Shown: positions 52,889 to 64,000, numbered from the stretch's first letter. The stretch: DNA of 64,000 nucleotides from Terriglobia bacterium (GCA_963698825.1 CAVOSG010000007.1:150548-214547), one strand, 5' to 3'. Numbers and translations are program-made. The notes: generated by a model from the sequence alone, not told the origin.

Positions 52889-53066
52889 CGCAGTGGCAGT
52901 CGCGTGGCCCAGCAAATTCCCCGCCCAAGCGGAGCTTGGACGGGCCACCCTCGAGACTGGTATGGGTCGGGGCACTCTGAAACCGATCTCCTGAGGCTTA
53001 TAATGAGGCCCTTAGGTCCGGGGTTTCAGGCTTCAGTATGCCGCCTGCGCCGGGCCGATTCGTAAC

Positions 53067-55322
53067 GTGGCCACTCCCACTCCAAACCGAAACAAGGAAT
53101 CGACTAGCCGCAAGAAGGTCATCATCTTGCTGACTATCGGGACCCTGATCTCGTTTGGGATCCTGCTTTCCCAATCGTCCTTCGATCTGCCCTTTCTCAA
53201 CGCGGACACACAGCAGCGTTTTCCGCTTTTGTTCTTTGCCGCGCTTACCATTGTCATATTTCTGCTGTTCGTGGCCTTGACGTTTGTTCTGGCCCGGAAT
53301 CTTCTGAAGCTTTTTGCGGAACGGCGGCTGGGCGTCCTGGGTTCGAAGTTCCGCACTCGCCTGGTGGTGGGCGGGCTGCTGCTTTCCTTCCTGCCTGTCA
53401 TCATGATGTTCTGGTTCGCCTACGGCCTGATGAACAATTCGATCGAGCGCTGGTTCTCGCGTCCCGTCGAGGAAGTGCGGGAGGACACGGCCGCCGTGGC
53501 CTCGCTGGTCAAGAAATATGCGGCGCAGAACGCCCGCGCCGAAGCCGAATCCATCGCGGCTTCGCCGGAAACCCAGCGTGCCTTTGCGGGGCACGGCTTC
53601 TCCAGCGTGATGAATGAATTCCGGCGGCACGAGACCACACTGCAGGGCGGATTCGCCCTGGCCCTGGAGGAGGGCAACGCCGAGGCCAGCATCAACGCGC
53701 CCGCGCCCTGGCCGCTGCTGAAGCCGAAAATTCCGCTGGAGCGTTTGACCTCCGAGGCCATTGTGCCCTTTAAGTGGGAGAACACTGACTACATCCTCAG
53801 TGGCGCTTCGGTGGGTGATCGCGGGCTGATCGTCGTGGCCATGCCCTTGCCGCAGAAATTCTCCGAGACGGTAAAGCAGCTGGATGCCAGCCAGCACCGC
53901 TATCTCGAACTCCGAAGCCAGCGCCGCCTGGTGCGCAGCACTTACATGGAGCTGCTGCTCCTGCTTACGGTGCTGGTGCTGTTTTCGACAACCTGGCTGG
54001 CGCTCTATCTGGCCAAGCTCGTGACCCGTCCGGTGGTGGCACTGGCCGAAGCGACCCAGGAGATTTCGCGCGGACGCCTCGACTACCGCGTGGAAGTCAG
54101 CGCGGCCGACGAAATCGGCGACCTGGTGCGCTCTTTCAACCGCATGGCGGAAGAGCTTGAAACCAGCCGCCGCCAGATCGAAGCTTCCAGCCACGACCTG
54201 AGCGCCGCCAACATCGCGCTCGAACAGCGCCGCCGGCATATTGAGACCATTCTGGAAAGCATTCCCACCGGCGTGCTTTCGCTTGATGCCAATCGCCGGA
54301 TCACGCACGTGAATCATGCCTTGATTCGCATGTTCAACCCTTCCGGCGTGGAGTCTGCGAATCAGATTGTGATCGGCGCGGCCCTGCGGGAGGTATTTCC
54401 TCCGGAGATCCTGGAAGACCTCGAGCCTTTGTTGCGGCGGGCGGACCGCATGGGCACCACCACCACGCAACTCGAAGTGGATTTGCATCGCTCCCGCTTT
54501 AACGCCGCCGCCACGGTGGCGACGCTGCAACATGGCGGCCAGGGGCTGGGCTATGTTCTGGTGTTCGAAGATCTGTCCGACCTGCTCAAGGCCCAGAAGC
54601 AAACCGCGTGGCGGGAAGTGGCGCGGCGCGTGGCGCACGAAATCAAGAACCCGTTGACGCCCATTGCGCTCTCGGCCGAACGCATCCGCCGGCATCTCGA
54701 TCGCGGTTCCCCTCCCGACGCGGCTTCGCTCGAGGTCCTGCACAGTTGCGCCGAAACTATCGGCGGGGCGGTCGAAACATTACGCACGCTGGTGGACGAG
54801 TTTTCTACTCTGGCGCGTTTTCCCACGGCGCAGCCCGCGCCGGCGAACATCAACTCCATCGTCGACAACACCCTGGCCATGTTCAACGGCCGGCTCGATG
54901 GAATTCATGTGCAGACTTTTCTGGCTCCCGACCTGCCCAAGGTCATGGCGGATTCCGAGGCCATCAAGCGCGCCCTGGCCAATCTGGTGGACAACGCCGC
55001 CGAAGCCATCGAAGGCGCGATGGTGCGCGATATTCAGATTTCCACGTCCCTGGTGGCCAGCCGGGACGCGGTCGAAATCACCGTCGCCGACACCGGCCAC
55101 GGAGTGACCCAGGAATTGAAAGAGCGCTTGTTCCTGCCTTACTTCTCCACCAAGAAACGGGGAACCGGACTTGGACTTGCGATCGTCAGCCGCATCATTG
55201 AAGACCACCGCGGCTCCATTCGTGTGGAGGAAAACCGGCCCGTAGGCACCCGCTTCGTGGTGGAGCTGCCCGTAGCCGGAGAACTGGTGGCCACCCCTGC
55301 TCCCATCCGCCAGCATGCATAA
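53067..55322 (+). CDS. ntrY: NtrY-like sensor histidine kinase (TM-HAMP-PAS-HisKA-HATPase)
   Basis: 751 aa, intact. HAMP (LAEATQEISRGRLDYRVEV), PAS, H-box HEIKNPLTPIALSAERI, G-boxes DTGHGV / GTGLGLAIV. Stop overlaps ntrX start. Confidence 0.8.
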   Translation: MATPTPNRNKESTSRKKVIILLTIGTLISFGILLSQSSFDLPFLNADTQQRFPLLFFAALTIVIFLLFVALTFVLARNLLKLFAERRLGVLGSKFRTRLVVGGLLLSFLPVIMMFWFAYGLMNNSIERWFSRPVEEVREDTAAVASLVKKYAAQNARAEAESIAASPETQRAFAGHGFSSVMNEFRRHETTLQGGFALALEEGNAEASINAPAPWPLLKPKIPLERLTSEAIVPFKWENTDYILSGASVGDRGLIVVAMPLPQKFSETVKQLDASQHRYLELRSQRRLVRSTYMELLLLLTVLVLFSTTWLALYLAKLVTRPVVALAEATQEISRGRLDYRVEVSAADEIGDLVRSFNRMAEELETSRRQIEASSHDLSAANIALEQRRRHIETILESIPTGVLSLDANRRITHVNHALIRMFNPSGVESANQIVIGAALREVFPPEILEDLEPLLRRADRMGTTTTQLEVDLHRSRFNAAATVATLQHGGQGLGYVLVFEDLSDLLKAQKQTAWREVARRVAHEIKNPLTPIALSAERIRRHLDRGSPPDAASLEVLHSCAETIGGAVETLRTLVDEFSTLARFPTAQPAPANINSIVDNTLAMFNGRLDGIHVQTFLAPDLPKVMADSEAIKRALANLVDNAAEAIEGAMVRDIQISTSLVASRDAVEITVADTGHGVTQELKERLFLPYFSTKKRGTGLGLAIVSRIIEDHRGSIRVEENRPVGTRFVVELPVAGELVATPAPIRQHA

Positions 55323-56670
55323 CATCCTCATCGTGGACGACGAGTCCGGCATCCGGCAATCGCTCAAAGGGGTGCTCGAAGACGAAGGCTACAAGGCCTC
55401 GGCTGCCGACAGCGGCGAAGCCTGCCTGGACGCCTTGCGCCGGCGGTCCTTTGACGTGGTGCTGCTCGACGTCTGGCTTCCCGGAATCGACGGCCTTGAA
55501 ACTCTGCAAAGGATTCGCGATCTCGAGAATGCTCCCGAAGTCATCATGATTTCCGGCCACGGCACCATTGAGACCGCGGTGCGCGCGACCAAACTCGGAG
55601 CTTATGACTTTCTCGAAAAGCCCCTCTCCATCGACAAGACGCTCAGCCTGATCAAGCACGCCATCGACGCCAAGCAGATGAAGCAGGAAAACCGTGAGCT
55701 CAAGCGGCAGCTCACGCCGCGCAGCGTGATCGAAGGGGAAAGCGTCCCCATGAAGGCACTGCGCCAGCAGATTCTGCTGATGGCGCCGACCAATGGCCGG
55801 GTACTGATCTACGGCGAGTCGGGAACGGGGAAGGAGCTGGTGGCCCATGCCATCCACGCTCAAAGTCTGCGAAAGGGCGAGATGTTCGTCGAGCTGAACT
55901 GTGCCGCGATTCCGGAAGATCTGATCGAGAGCGAGCTGTTCGGCCATCGCAAGGGATCGTTCCCCGCCGCCACCACCGACAAGGAAGGGAAATTCCACCG
56001 GGCTCACGGCGGCACACTTTTCCTGGACGAGATCGGCGACATGAGCCTGAAGACTCAGTCAAAAGTCTTGCGCACTCTCGACGAGCAGCGCTTTACGCCC
56101 GTGGGCAGCGATGAGCCCATCACGGTTGACGCCCGGCTGATTGCTTCCACCAACAAGGATCTGGACGAAGAAATCTCGCGCGGCAACTTTCGCGAAGATC
56201 TGTTCTACCGCCTCAATGTGATTCCCTTTTCCGTCCCACCCCTGCGCGAACGCCAGGAGGACATTCCCCTGCTGGCGCGCCACTTTCTCAAGGAATTTTC
56301 CGCTACCTACGGACGCCGGCCACGCGAAATCACCGACGATGCTATTGAGACCTTGATGCGATATTCGTGGCCGGGCAACGTTCGCGAGTTGCGCAACGTC
56401 ATCGAGCGTATCGTGATCATGAATCCGACCACCACCCGCTTCGACCGCAAGCACCTGCCCCCGCTGGTCCACCGCGATGGTACGCGCCGCTCCATTGGGT
56501 CGGAATTTTCCACCCTGCACCAGGCTCGCGCTGCCTATGAACGCGACTACATCCTGAAAAAGCTGGATGACAACCACGGCAATATCAGCCGCACCGCCGA
56601 GGTGCTCGGCCTGGAGCGAAGCCATCTCTACCGCAAAATGAAGACTTTGGGGATTGCCGTGAAGGAGTGA
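55315..56670 (+). CDS. ntrX: NtrX-like sigma-54-dependent response regulator
   Basis: REC, sigma-54 AAA+ (GESGTGKE, GSFPAA variant of GAFTGA, ESELFGH), C-terminal HTH. 451 aa, intact. Confidence 0.8.
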   Translation: MHNILIVDDESGIRQSLKGVLEDEGYKASAADSGEACLDALRRRSFDVVLLDVWLPGIDGLETLQRIRDLENAPEVIMISGHGTIETAVRATKLGAYDFLEKPLSIDKTLSLIKHAIDAKQMKQENRELKRQLTPRSVIEGESVPMKALRQQILLMAPTNGRVLIYGESGTGKELVAHAIHAQSLRKGEMFVELNCAAIPEDLIESELFGHRKGSFPAATTDKEGKFHRAHGGTLFLDEIGDMSLKTQSKVLRTLDEQRFTPVGSDEPITVDARLIASTNKDLDEEISRGNFREDLFYRLNVIPFSVPPLRERQEDIPLLARHFLKEFSATYGRRPREITDDAIETLMRYSWPGNVRELRNVIERIVIMNPTTTRFDRKHLPPLVHRDGTRRSIGSEFSTLHQARAAYERDYILKKLDDNHGNISRTAEVLGLERSHLYRKMKTLGIAVKE

Positions 56671-56714
56671 GTAGTAGCTGGGCTTTGGGCAGCGCCCGAA
56701 CCATGTTTATCTCG

Positions 56715-56826
56715 GCGTCATCCTGAGGGACTTCAGTCCCGAAGGATCTGGCGCGCAGCGTTGCGGTTCCCGCCAGCGTGTATAGACGCTCCACGCAAGA
56801 TGCTTCGCAAGCTCAGCATGACGCTG
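56715..56826. repeat. GTCATCCTGAG-family element, copy B, between convergent ntrX and anti-sigma kinase genes
   Basis: cGTCATCCTGAGggacttcagtcccGAAGGATCTggcgcgcagcg...gcttcgcaaGCTCAGCATGACGc. Terminal 12-nt inverted repeat plus inner hairpin GGGACTtcaGTCCC. Confidence 0.55.
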
Positions 56827-56863
56827 CATCGAACAAAGGCTTTTTGGGGGCCAGCAGAAAAAT

Positions 56864-57301
56864 CTACTTCTTGATCATGTGGATTTCGGTTCCGTTCTTG
56901 AGGAACTTCACTTCATCCATGAGCTGGTTAATCAGGAAGATTCCGCGGCCGTGATCGGAATAAACGCTTTCGCCGCGGAGAGGATTGGGAATCTCGCCGG
57001 GGTTGAATCCAGTGCCGGGATCACGCACCACGATCAGCATGCTCTTGTCTTCATTACAAACCACGTCGCACTCAACAATCTTTGATGGATCACCCTTCGC
57101 GCCGTGAACCACGGCGTTGGCCAGCGCCTCGGTCAGGGCCAATTCGATAGCATCGTATTTCTCCGCCTCGCAATGCACCTGTCGCACCAGATTCATCACG
57201 CTCTGGACCACCGGATCAACGGCATTCCGGTCGGCCGCAAGCGTCACTTTCAACTGCAGCTTCCCGCTGTCGAACTGGTGGATCTCGTGGTTATCGGTCA
57301 T
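56864..57301 (-). CDS. Anti-sigma regulatory factor (RsbW/SpoIIAB-like serine kinase, HATPase_c_2)
   Basis: 145 aa with ELALTEALANAVVHG...VVRDPGTGFNP...DHGRGIFLI GHKL-ATPase motifs. Confidence 0.65.
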   Translation of the reverse strand: MTDNHEIHQFDSGKLQLKVTLAADRNAVDPVVQSVMNLVRQVHCEAEKYDAIELALTEALANAVVHGAKGDPSKIVECDVVCNEDKSMLIVVRDPGTGFNPGEIPNPLRGESVYSDHGRGIFLINQLMDEVKFLKNGTEIHMIKK

Positions 57302-57402
57302 GGCCTGCTTTCATGTCGGGTGGCCGGATACGTACGATTAGATGCGCCCCCGCGTTGGGGGATTCTACAGGGATCGGTCCCTTCGAGCAAAGTGCTGACA
57401 GT

Positions 57403-58347
57403 TCATGGCTTGCTGCCGGCGGCCAACCGCTCCACCCGGCGACGCCAGTCCAGCTCCTCGACAAACTCGTGCGACTCTCGCCAGTTTTCCCGGACCTTCA
57501 CGAAGAGCTCGAGAAACACCTTCTGTTCCAGCATCTTCTCGATCTGCAAGCGGGCCGCGGTACCGATCTTTTTGAGCATCTGGCCGCCCTTGCCCACCAG
57601 GATTCCCTTCTGTCCCTCCCGTTCGCAGTAAATCACCGCCGCGATCCGCGTGACTCGCGCGCCCTCCTCGAACTGCTCAATCATGACCGTGGTGGCGTAG
57701 GGAACCTCTTCGTTCGGTCTGCACCAAAATCTGCTCGCGGATGATTTCCGCCACCATGAAACGGACAGGCTGGTCGGTGACCTGGTCTTCCGGAAAATAG
57801 CGCGGTCCTTCCGGAAGAAACTTGAGCACTTTTTCCAGGAGCACGTCGAGGCCTTCGCGTCTTCGCGCCGAGAGTGGAATGATTTCGACGAAGTCGTGCA
57901 GCTTGCGATACTCGTCCATGATGGGCAGCAGCTTTTCTTTTTCGTACCGCGGAGAAGGTCGATCTTGTTCAGCAGCAGGAACACCGGCGTCCCTGACTTC
58001 TTTGCCAGATCGAGGACGAAGTGGTCCTCCCGCGTAAACCTGCGCGTGACGTCCGCGATCAGCAGTACCAGCTCGCCGCCCACCATGGCTTCCCGAACTT
58101 CCGCCATCATTTTGCGGCCCAGGGAAGTGTCCGGCCGATGAACCCCGGGGGTATCGATGAGCACAATCTGGCCGCCAAGCCTGCCCTTCTGCCGGGGCAC
58201 GTGGATGATTCCCAGAATGCGGTTGCGTGTGGTTTGCGGCTTCGGACTGATGATGGCCAGTTTCTCTCCGACCAGCGCATTGAGGAGCGTGGACTTGCCG
58301 GCGTTGGGACGGCCCAGGATACAGACGAATCCGGAGTGAAAGGCCAT
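57403..58347 (-). pseudogene. era: GTPase Era, 2 frameshifts in the middle
   Basis: G1 GRPNAGKSTL, G3 DTPG, G4 NKID in ORF 57403..58347. Central EIIPLSARRREGLDVLLEKVLKFLPEGPRYFPEDQVTDQPVRFMVAEIIREQIL in ORF 57677..57919 (other frame). KH-domain C-terminus back in the first frame. Confidence 0.75.
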
Positions 58348-58408
58348 AGGTGGTTTCGTAGGGCCGGTATCCCGGCGGTTTTCCGGGCGGCTCTACACGG
58401 AGACCTGA

Positions 58409-59675
58409 CTATATCAGCTTCATCTGCGTCGGTTTGGCGACGGAGATTCGTACCCGCTCCACCCGGCGCTCGGTTGACTCCAGAACTTCGAAGCGCAGGC
58501 CGTCTTCCTCGATGACTTCGCCCCGGTGCGGGATGCGGCCCGCCAGTTCGCTCACCAGCCCGGCCACCGTCGCCGACTCCTTGCCCTCCGGCCGTATGCC
58601 GAACATCTCGTCCAGCCGGTCGACATCCATGTTGCCGGGCACAATGTAGGAGTTTTCGTTTTCACGGATCACTTCCAGCTTTTCGTGCTCGTCGCGAATC
58701 TCGCCGACGATTTCTTCCACCAGGTCTTCGATGGTCACCAGGCCGGCCACGCCGCCGTATTCGTCCACCACGATGGCCATGCGAATATTGTTTTTCTGCA
58801 TCTCGCGCAGCAGATCGCTGACCAGTTTGCTTTCGGGTACAAAATAGGGGTCCCGGCGCATGAGGGTATCGACCGTACGATAGTGGGCTTCGGTGTCGGG
58901 CACCTGCAGCACATCCTGGGCAAAAACGATGCCCACGATATTGTGGATGGTGCCTTCAAACACCGGTACGCGCGAAAAGGGCTTGGTACGCAGCAGTTCG
59001 ATGAATTGCTCGACCGTGGTGTTGGTGGGCACGGCCACAATTTCCGGCCGGGGCTTCATGGCCTCACGAACTGTCTTCTCGCTGAACTCCACCACCGACT
59101 GGATCAGGTCGCGATTGCTTTCATCCAGGATGCCCTCTTCCTGCCCGGCTTCGATGAGTGCGTCTACGGCTTCGGCCTGGGTTTCCGGGGTTTCGTCCGC
59201 ATGTTCCTTGGTCAGCGCGGTCACCGATTGCAGGAACCCTAACACCAGCGTGACGGGCAGCACGATGTAGATGAGGATTCGCAGCACCAGCGCACACCGG
59301 ACCAGCCATTCGCCCCGGGTCCGCAGAAAAGAAAACAAAGGGCAGAAAGCGATTGAACAGAATGATGATCAGGACAAGACTGAGCGTGGCCTGGAGAATC
59401 TCATAGAGGCCCCATCCGCGCTCACGAAACACGGCGAAGCCGACTAACAGGGCGATGGCCGCCATCATGATTTGAGTCAGCACCGCCATGGAGAGCATGG
59501 CTCGTGCCCGGCTCACTCCCAGCCTGGGCTCGACCTGCTGCTCGAAGGTTGCAATGTTGTCCTGGAACTCGCGCGAGAGAAATCTGCCGATCTCCGTGTA
59601 AACGCGATCCGCGTAGGAGACCAGCGTCAGCAGGCAAAGCAACAAGAGCAACGCAGCTGCGATGGCATAACTCAT
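58409..59675 (-). CDS. HlyC/CorC-family (CNNM) protein, YbeX/CorC-like; one frameshift near 59330
   Basis: DUF21 N-terminus in ORF 59121..59675. CBS pair plus CorC_HlyC domain in ORF 58409..59338. Confidence 0.7.
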
Positions 59676-60167
59676 CTGTTTTTTGCGGCGCGGGTGCCTC
59701 GGCCCGCGGCTTTTGCCGGCACCCTCTTCGGACCTCTTCCATTCCTCTCGATCAGGCCCTGGGGCAGACTCAACAACCGCCGTAGGTCCACTTCTTTGGT
59801 GGCCATCCTGCCCTGGTCATGTTCATGATCGTAGCCCGCCAGATGAAGCACTCCATGCAGGGCCAGGATCTTGATTTCCTGCACCGTCGAATGGCCCAAC
59901 CGGCGGGCATTCTGCCGGGCGATATCGGCCGAGATCGCGATATCGCCGGCCAACCCGTTCACCAAACCGGGCGCGGGCGGAAATGAGAGCACGTCGGTGG
60001 GCTGGTCTTTTCCGCGAAAGCGCCGGTTCAAGTGAGCGCAGTTCCGAACTGCTGGTCACCAGCACGTTGACCGTGCCCTTAAGCCTGCTGGCCTGGCTGG
60101 CCCGTGTAACAAACTTTGCCAGAGCGGTATCGCTCAATCCGGCCACGGGTTTGTGCAGGATGACCAA
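59672..60167 (-). CDS. ybeY: Endoribonuclease YbeY (rRNA maturation factor); one frameshift near 60020
   Basis: TDVLSFP...GDIAISADIA...HGVLHLAGYDHEHD zinc-binding motif in ORF 59672..60031. N-terminus MVILHKP...VNVLVTSSSELRSL in ORF 59823..60167. Confidence 0.7.
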
Positions 60168-60288
60168 GTTCTTCTTTGCGGCCGGCTTTGCGCTCTTTGC
60201 TGTGAAAAGGCTTTCCTTCCGCGACTCTCACTCCAAAAATAAACAGGAGGGCCTCATTCCGGCGCCCTCCGCTTCCATCTTACCTGCT

Positions 60289-61350
60289 CTACTCGCTGGT
60301 TTCTACTTCCGAGGAGGGGACGCTGTCGTTCCGCCGGGGCGCCATCTCGCTTCCATTGGCCTTGCCGTTCGTCCTGGATTCCGGTGAGGACATCGACTCG
60401 TCCGCCGCCTTGGCCTTGTGCTCATCGTAGGCGCGGATAATGCGCTGCACCAATTGGTGACGCACCACGTCGGTATCGTCGAAATAAGCAAAGGTCAAAC
60501 CCTCGACGTTCTTGAGGACATCGGCTGCTTCCAGTAGTCCACTGCGGCGCGCGTTGGGCAGGTCAATCTGGGTCACGTCGCCCGTGATCACGGCCTTGGA
60601 GTTGAAGCCCAGACGGGTCACGAACATCTTCATCTGTTCGGAGGTCGTGTTCTGCGCCTCGTCCAGGATCACGAAGGAATCGTTCAACGTCCGCCCGCGC
60701 ATGAACGCAATGGGCGCGATCTCGATCACACTCTTCTCCAGGTAGCGGTCAACCTTTTCGGGCTCGAGCATGTCGTACAGCGCGTCATACAGGGGGCGTA
60801 GATAGGGGTCGATCTTGTCCTGCAAAGTTCCCGGAAGAAATCCCAGGCGCTCGCCCGCTTCGACCGCGGGACGCGCGAGAATGATCCGGCTCACGCGCTT
60901 GGAAAGCAGCGCGGATATCGCCATGGCCACAGCCAGGTAGGTCTTGCCTGTTCCGGCCGGCCCGATGCCGAAGACCATGTCGTGACTCTCGATGGCTTCG
61001 ATATAGCGCCGCTGGTTCACGCTCTTGGGCTGCACGGTGCGGCGTCCGAAGGAGCGCTGGCGTCCGGCTTCGGCCAAGCCGCGCAGCGTAGCCTTGGGGT
61101 CGGCCAGCAGAACTCGCAGCATGCTGCCCAGGTCGCCATTGTTGAAGGTGTAGCCGGAGCGCTGCAGGTGGTCGTAGTCGGCAAAGACCTGCTCCGCCCG
61201 GGCCACATCTCGGGCCGCCCCTTCCAGGGCGATGGAGTCAGATCGTAGATCGATGTTGATATTCAGGCCGTCTTCCAGCAGACGCACATTCTCGTCGCGC
61301 GTGCCGAACAGGGTCTCGATGTTGGGACTGATTTCAATGCTCTTCTTCAT
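60289..61350 (-). CDS. phoH: PhoH-family ATPase (YbeZ-like)
   Basis: GPAGTGKTYLAVAMA Walker A, DEAQNTT, KH-like N-terminal domain. Start at MKKSIEIS, an internal Met of ORF 60289..61416. Confidence 0.85.
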   Translation of the reverse strand: MKKSIEISPNIETLFGTRDENVRLLEDGLNINIDLRSDSIALEGAARDVARAEQVFADYDHLQRSGYTFNNGDLGSMLRVLLADPKATLRGLAEAGRQRSFGRRTVQPKSVNQRRYIEAIESHDMVFGIGPAGTGKTYLAVAMAISALLSKRVSRIILARPAVEAGERLGFLPGTLQDKIDPYLRPLYDALYDMLEPEKVDRYLEKSVIEIAPIAFMRGRTLNDSFVILDEAQNTTSEQMKMFVTRLGFNSKAVITGDVTQIDLPNARRSGLLEAADVLKNVEGLTFAYFDDTDVVRHQLVQRIIRAYDEHKAKAADESMSSPESRTNGKANGSEMAPRRNDSVPSSEVETSE

Positions 61351-61680
61351 TCGGTATTTGGCGCTTCCTCCGGCGCATTGGATGCAGAGTTGCCTGTGCA
61401 TGGAGCGCAAAAACACTCCTGCCTGGGCGCGGACAAACGATGCTCATGTCTGGAGGTGGAACCAGCCGAGGATGCTCGCCCCGAAGTGCAAGCAACTGCC
61501 ATTGAGTTAAGGGTACCCCTGCTCGTTGACGGGAGTCAATGGCGGCGAAAGTAGGCCCATTACTGTTGGTATGCGAGGGAAACCTCCGGCCCATACGACC
61601 GGGGGTCAATGACTCAGGCTCACCCCAGAGGCCCCCGAAATTGCGGCCCACCCCCACTCCGGATATCATGCAGGCCAACC

Positions 61681-62974
61681 ATGAGACTCACATACTCGTT
61701 CCTGCTTGTCCTGTTGGCTGCTTTTGCCGGGGCGCAAACTTCAACCCTCCCCGCGGAAGTGCAAACCGTCTACCCCGACGCCCACGCCTTGTACCTTGAT
61801 CTCCATCAGAATCCCGAACTCTCATCCCACGAAACGCAAACCGCCGCGAAGCTGGCCGGCCGCCTGCGTGACCTCGGCTACTCCGTCACCGAACATGTAG
61901 GTGGAACCGGCGTGGTGGCGATCATGAAGAACGGCGCCGGGCCCACGGTGATGCTTCGCACCGAGCTCGACGGGCTTCCGGTCGAGGAAAAGACCGGCCT
62001 GCCCTATGCCAGCAAGGTCCATGCCAAGGACGATTCGGGTCGCGAAGTCGGAGTGATGCACGCCTGCGGACATGACGTCCACATGGCGTCGCTCGTCGGG
62101 ACGGCTGCCATCATGGCGCACAGCAAGAACACCTGGCACGGAACTCTCATCCTGATCGGCCAGCCCGCCGAGGAAACCATCTCCGGCGCGAAACGGATGA
62201 TCGAAGACGGCCTCATGACCCGCTTTCCAAAGCCCGACGTAGCCGTGGCGTTACACGTCGGCAACTGGGGTCCATGCCGGAAAGGTCGGGGTTGGGCCCG
62301 GATACCGCTTTTCCAACGCCGATTCCCTGCGCATCACGATCTATGGCAAAGGCGGACACGGCTCGATGCCCAATAGCACCGTCGACCCGATCGTGATTGC
62401 GGCCCGTACCATTGTTGCTTTGCAGACCATCGTTTCACGGGAGGTCAAGCCGGGAGAAGTTGCCGTGGTCACTGTGGGATACATTCAAGCGGGCACCAAA
62501 AATAATATTATTCCCGATCAGGCCGAGCTCGGCCTCACCGTCCGCAGCTATAAACCGGAAGTTCGCAAGCAGGTGCTCGCGGCCATCGAGCGGATTACCA
62601 AAGCAGAAGCGAATGCCGCCGGCGCAACCCGTGAACCCAAAATCGAGCACTTCGAGGGCACGGATGCTGTCTACAACGATCCCGCGCTGGCTCAGCGGAT
62701 GCAGGGCGTGCTGGAATCGGCGCTGGGCAAAGACAACGTGGTGGTCGAGGAGCCGGGCATGGCGTCGGAAGATTTTTCCTACTTCACCGCCCAGGGCGTG
62801 CCCTCGTTCTACTTCAGCCTGGGAGGAGCGGAGCCAGGAAAATTAGCGGAGGCAAAAGCGGCTGGAACAAATTTGCCTTCCAATCATTCGGCGCTGTTCG
62901 CTCCCGACGTAGATCCCGCGCTGCACACCGGAATCGCGGCTGAGGTTGCAGTGCTGCGGAATCTGTTGAAGTGA
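61681..62974 (+). CDS. M20D-family amidohydrolase (aminoacylase / hippurate-hydrolase-like) with signal peptide; 1-2 frameshifts near 62270-62340
   Basis: MRLTYSFLLVLLAAFAGAQ signal, MHACGHDVHMA metal-binding motif (ORF 61609..62376). C-terminal ...ITVGYIQAGTKNNIIPDQAEL...SEDFSYF (ORF 62366..62974). Confidence 0.65.
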
Positions 62975-62985
62975 TCGACCCCTCC

Positions 62986-63182
62986 AGGTTGTCATCCTGA
63001 GCAAGGAGGCCTCTTCGCTGTGCGAAGAGGCAGACGCGCCGAAGGACCCCTATAAGTGAACCGACCTGTCGCTGTTGAGGGTTGCTCGTTCGCCGCCCGG
63101 CACAGTTGCCGCCTATAGGGGTCCTTCGCCTCCGCGGCTGCTTCGCGAAGCGAAGCAGCTACTCCGCTCAGGTTGTCATCCC
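62986..63182. repeat. GTCATCCTGAG-family element, copy C (about 200 bp, highly structured) between convergent amidohydrolase and AAA ATPase genes
   Basis: aggttGTCATCCTGAGC...GCTCAGGttGTCATCC termini. Internal hairpins CCTCTTCGCtgtGCGAAGAGG and CTGCTTCGCGAAGCGAAGCAG. Long-range IR GGACCCCTATA / TATAGGGGTCC. Confidence 0.55.
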
Positions 63183-63190
63183 CGCGCGGC

Positions 63191-64000
63191 TTACGCTCCT
63201 TCGCCTTTCGCATCCGCCGCCGAAGCCGGCACCGCGCGCAGCCTGGCCCACTCTCTCAGTTCCTCAATTTCTTCGGACCTGGTCACCGAAAGCGGCACCG
63301 TGGCCTTGAATGCCTCCAGCAGGCCTTGCGTATTTAGCGTCTGCTTGCTGGAAAATGCCGCGTACAGTGCGGTCTGCACGGCGGCTTCGATCTCTGCTCC
63401 CGAATATCCCTTGGCTGCGGCCGCGACTCGATCCAGATCAAATTCCGCTGCATTGCGCTTCCTCTTCGCCAGGTGGATGGCACAAATTTGCTTGCGCTCG
63501 GCCTGGTTGGGCAGATCGACGAAAAACAATTCGTCGAAGCGTCCTTTGCGGATCAACTCCGGAGGCAACACCGTCACGTTGTTGCATGTGGCTGCCACGA
63601 ATACCGGCGCCTTGCGGTCCTGCATCCAGGACAGGAAAGCGGCCAGAATACGCGAAGAGACCCCGGCATCGACCGATGCGGAATCCGGACCGCTGCCGGC
63701 AAAGACTTTTTCCAGCTCGTCGATCCAGAACACACATGGCGCCAGTCCTTCGGCAACGCGAAACACCTTCTGGATCCGCTTTTCGGTCTCGCCGATGTAC
63801 TTGTCGTAGATGGCGGCCGTATCGAACTTGACTAGCGGAAGTTTCCATTCCCCAGCGATGGCGCGGGCGCACATACTCTTGCCGCAGCCTTGCACGCCGA
63901 GAATGATCGCCCCGCGCGGCGGTTCCAGACCAAAGTCTCGCGCTGCATCTTCCCAGGTGCCACGCCGCTGCGCGAGCCAACGCTTAAGATTGTCCAGACC
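63191..64000 (-). CDS. AAA+ family ATPase, partial (5' end beyond window)
   Basis: Walker A GVQGCGKSM, Walker B VFWIDELEK, second region of homology, C-terminal helical bundle. Frame open to the window edge. Confidence 0.7.
   Translation of the reverse strand, partial: GLDNLKRWLAQRRGTWEDAARDFGLEPPRGAIILGVQGCGKSMCARAIAGEWKLPLVKFDTAAIYDKYIGETEKRIQKVFRVAEGLAPCVFWIDELEKVFAGSGPDSASVDAGVSSRILAAFLSWMQDRKAPVFVAATCNNVTVLPPELIRKGRFDELFFVDLPNQAERKQICAIHLAKRKRNAAEFDLDRVAAAAKGYSGAEIEAAVQTALYAAFSSKQTLNTQGLLEAFKATVPLSVTRSEEIEELREWARLRAVPASAADAKGEGA

Noticed and set aside
52998-54743. 581-aa minus-strand ORF
   Set aside because: Antisense to the intact ntrY sensor kinase gene. Translation is Arg/Gly/Gln-rich without domain signatures.

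Overview
This is a high-GC (about 60%) bacterial chromosomal segment. Gene content suggests a Gram-negative soil bacterium, possibly Acidobacteriota-like, but that is inference only.

About 60 protein-coding genes are supportable. No rRNA, tRNA or CRISPR array was found.

Conserved housekeeping blocks:
- uppS-cdsA-dxr-rseP-ispG on the + strand (19.2-25.1 kb).
- phoH-ybeY-corC-era on the - strand (57.4-61.4 kb).
- ntrY-ntrX (53.1-56.7 kb).
- fumC.
- A Geobacter-like type IV pilus block, pilB-pilT-pilC-pilS-pilR, on the - strand (44.4-51.8 kb), with no pilin gene.

Accessory content:
- Two type II toxin-antitoxin modules: mazEF and Xre-RES.
- A REPtron: a REP-associated tyrosine transposase flanked by inverted REP copies, with two more REP copies elsewhere.
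- A second dispersed repeat family built around GTCATCCTGAG.
- A MITE-like element with palindromic ends.
- A striking set of intergenic tandem heptanucleotide arrays that form long inverted repeats at gene ends.
- A membrane-stress/organisation cluster: pspA, a small glycine-zipper protein, flotillin, a DUF1648/PH protein, NfeD and an XRE regulator.

Caveat on frameshifts: about 35 frameshifts are visible. They cluster in particular genes, including the essential cdsA, dxr, ispG and era, while many long neighbouring genes are intact. I interpret most of them as assembly indel errors rather than true pseudogenes. I flagged genes with two or more frameshifts as pseudogene and those with one as CDS with a note.

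ORF-track start codons include GTG/TTG, so true starts are uncertain for several genes.
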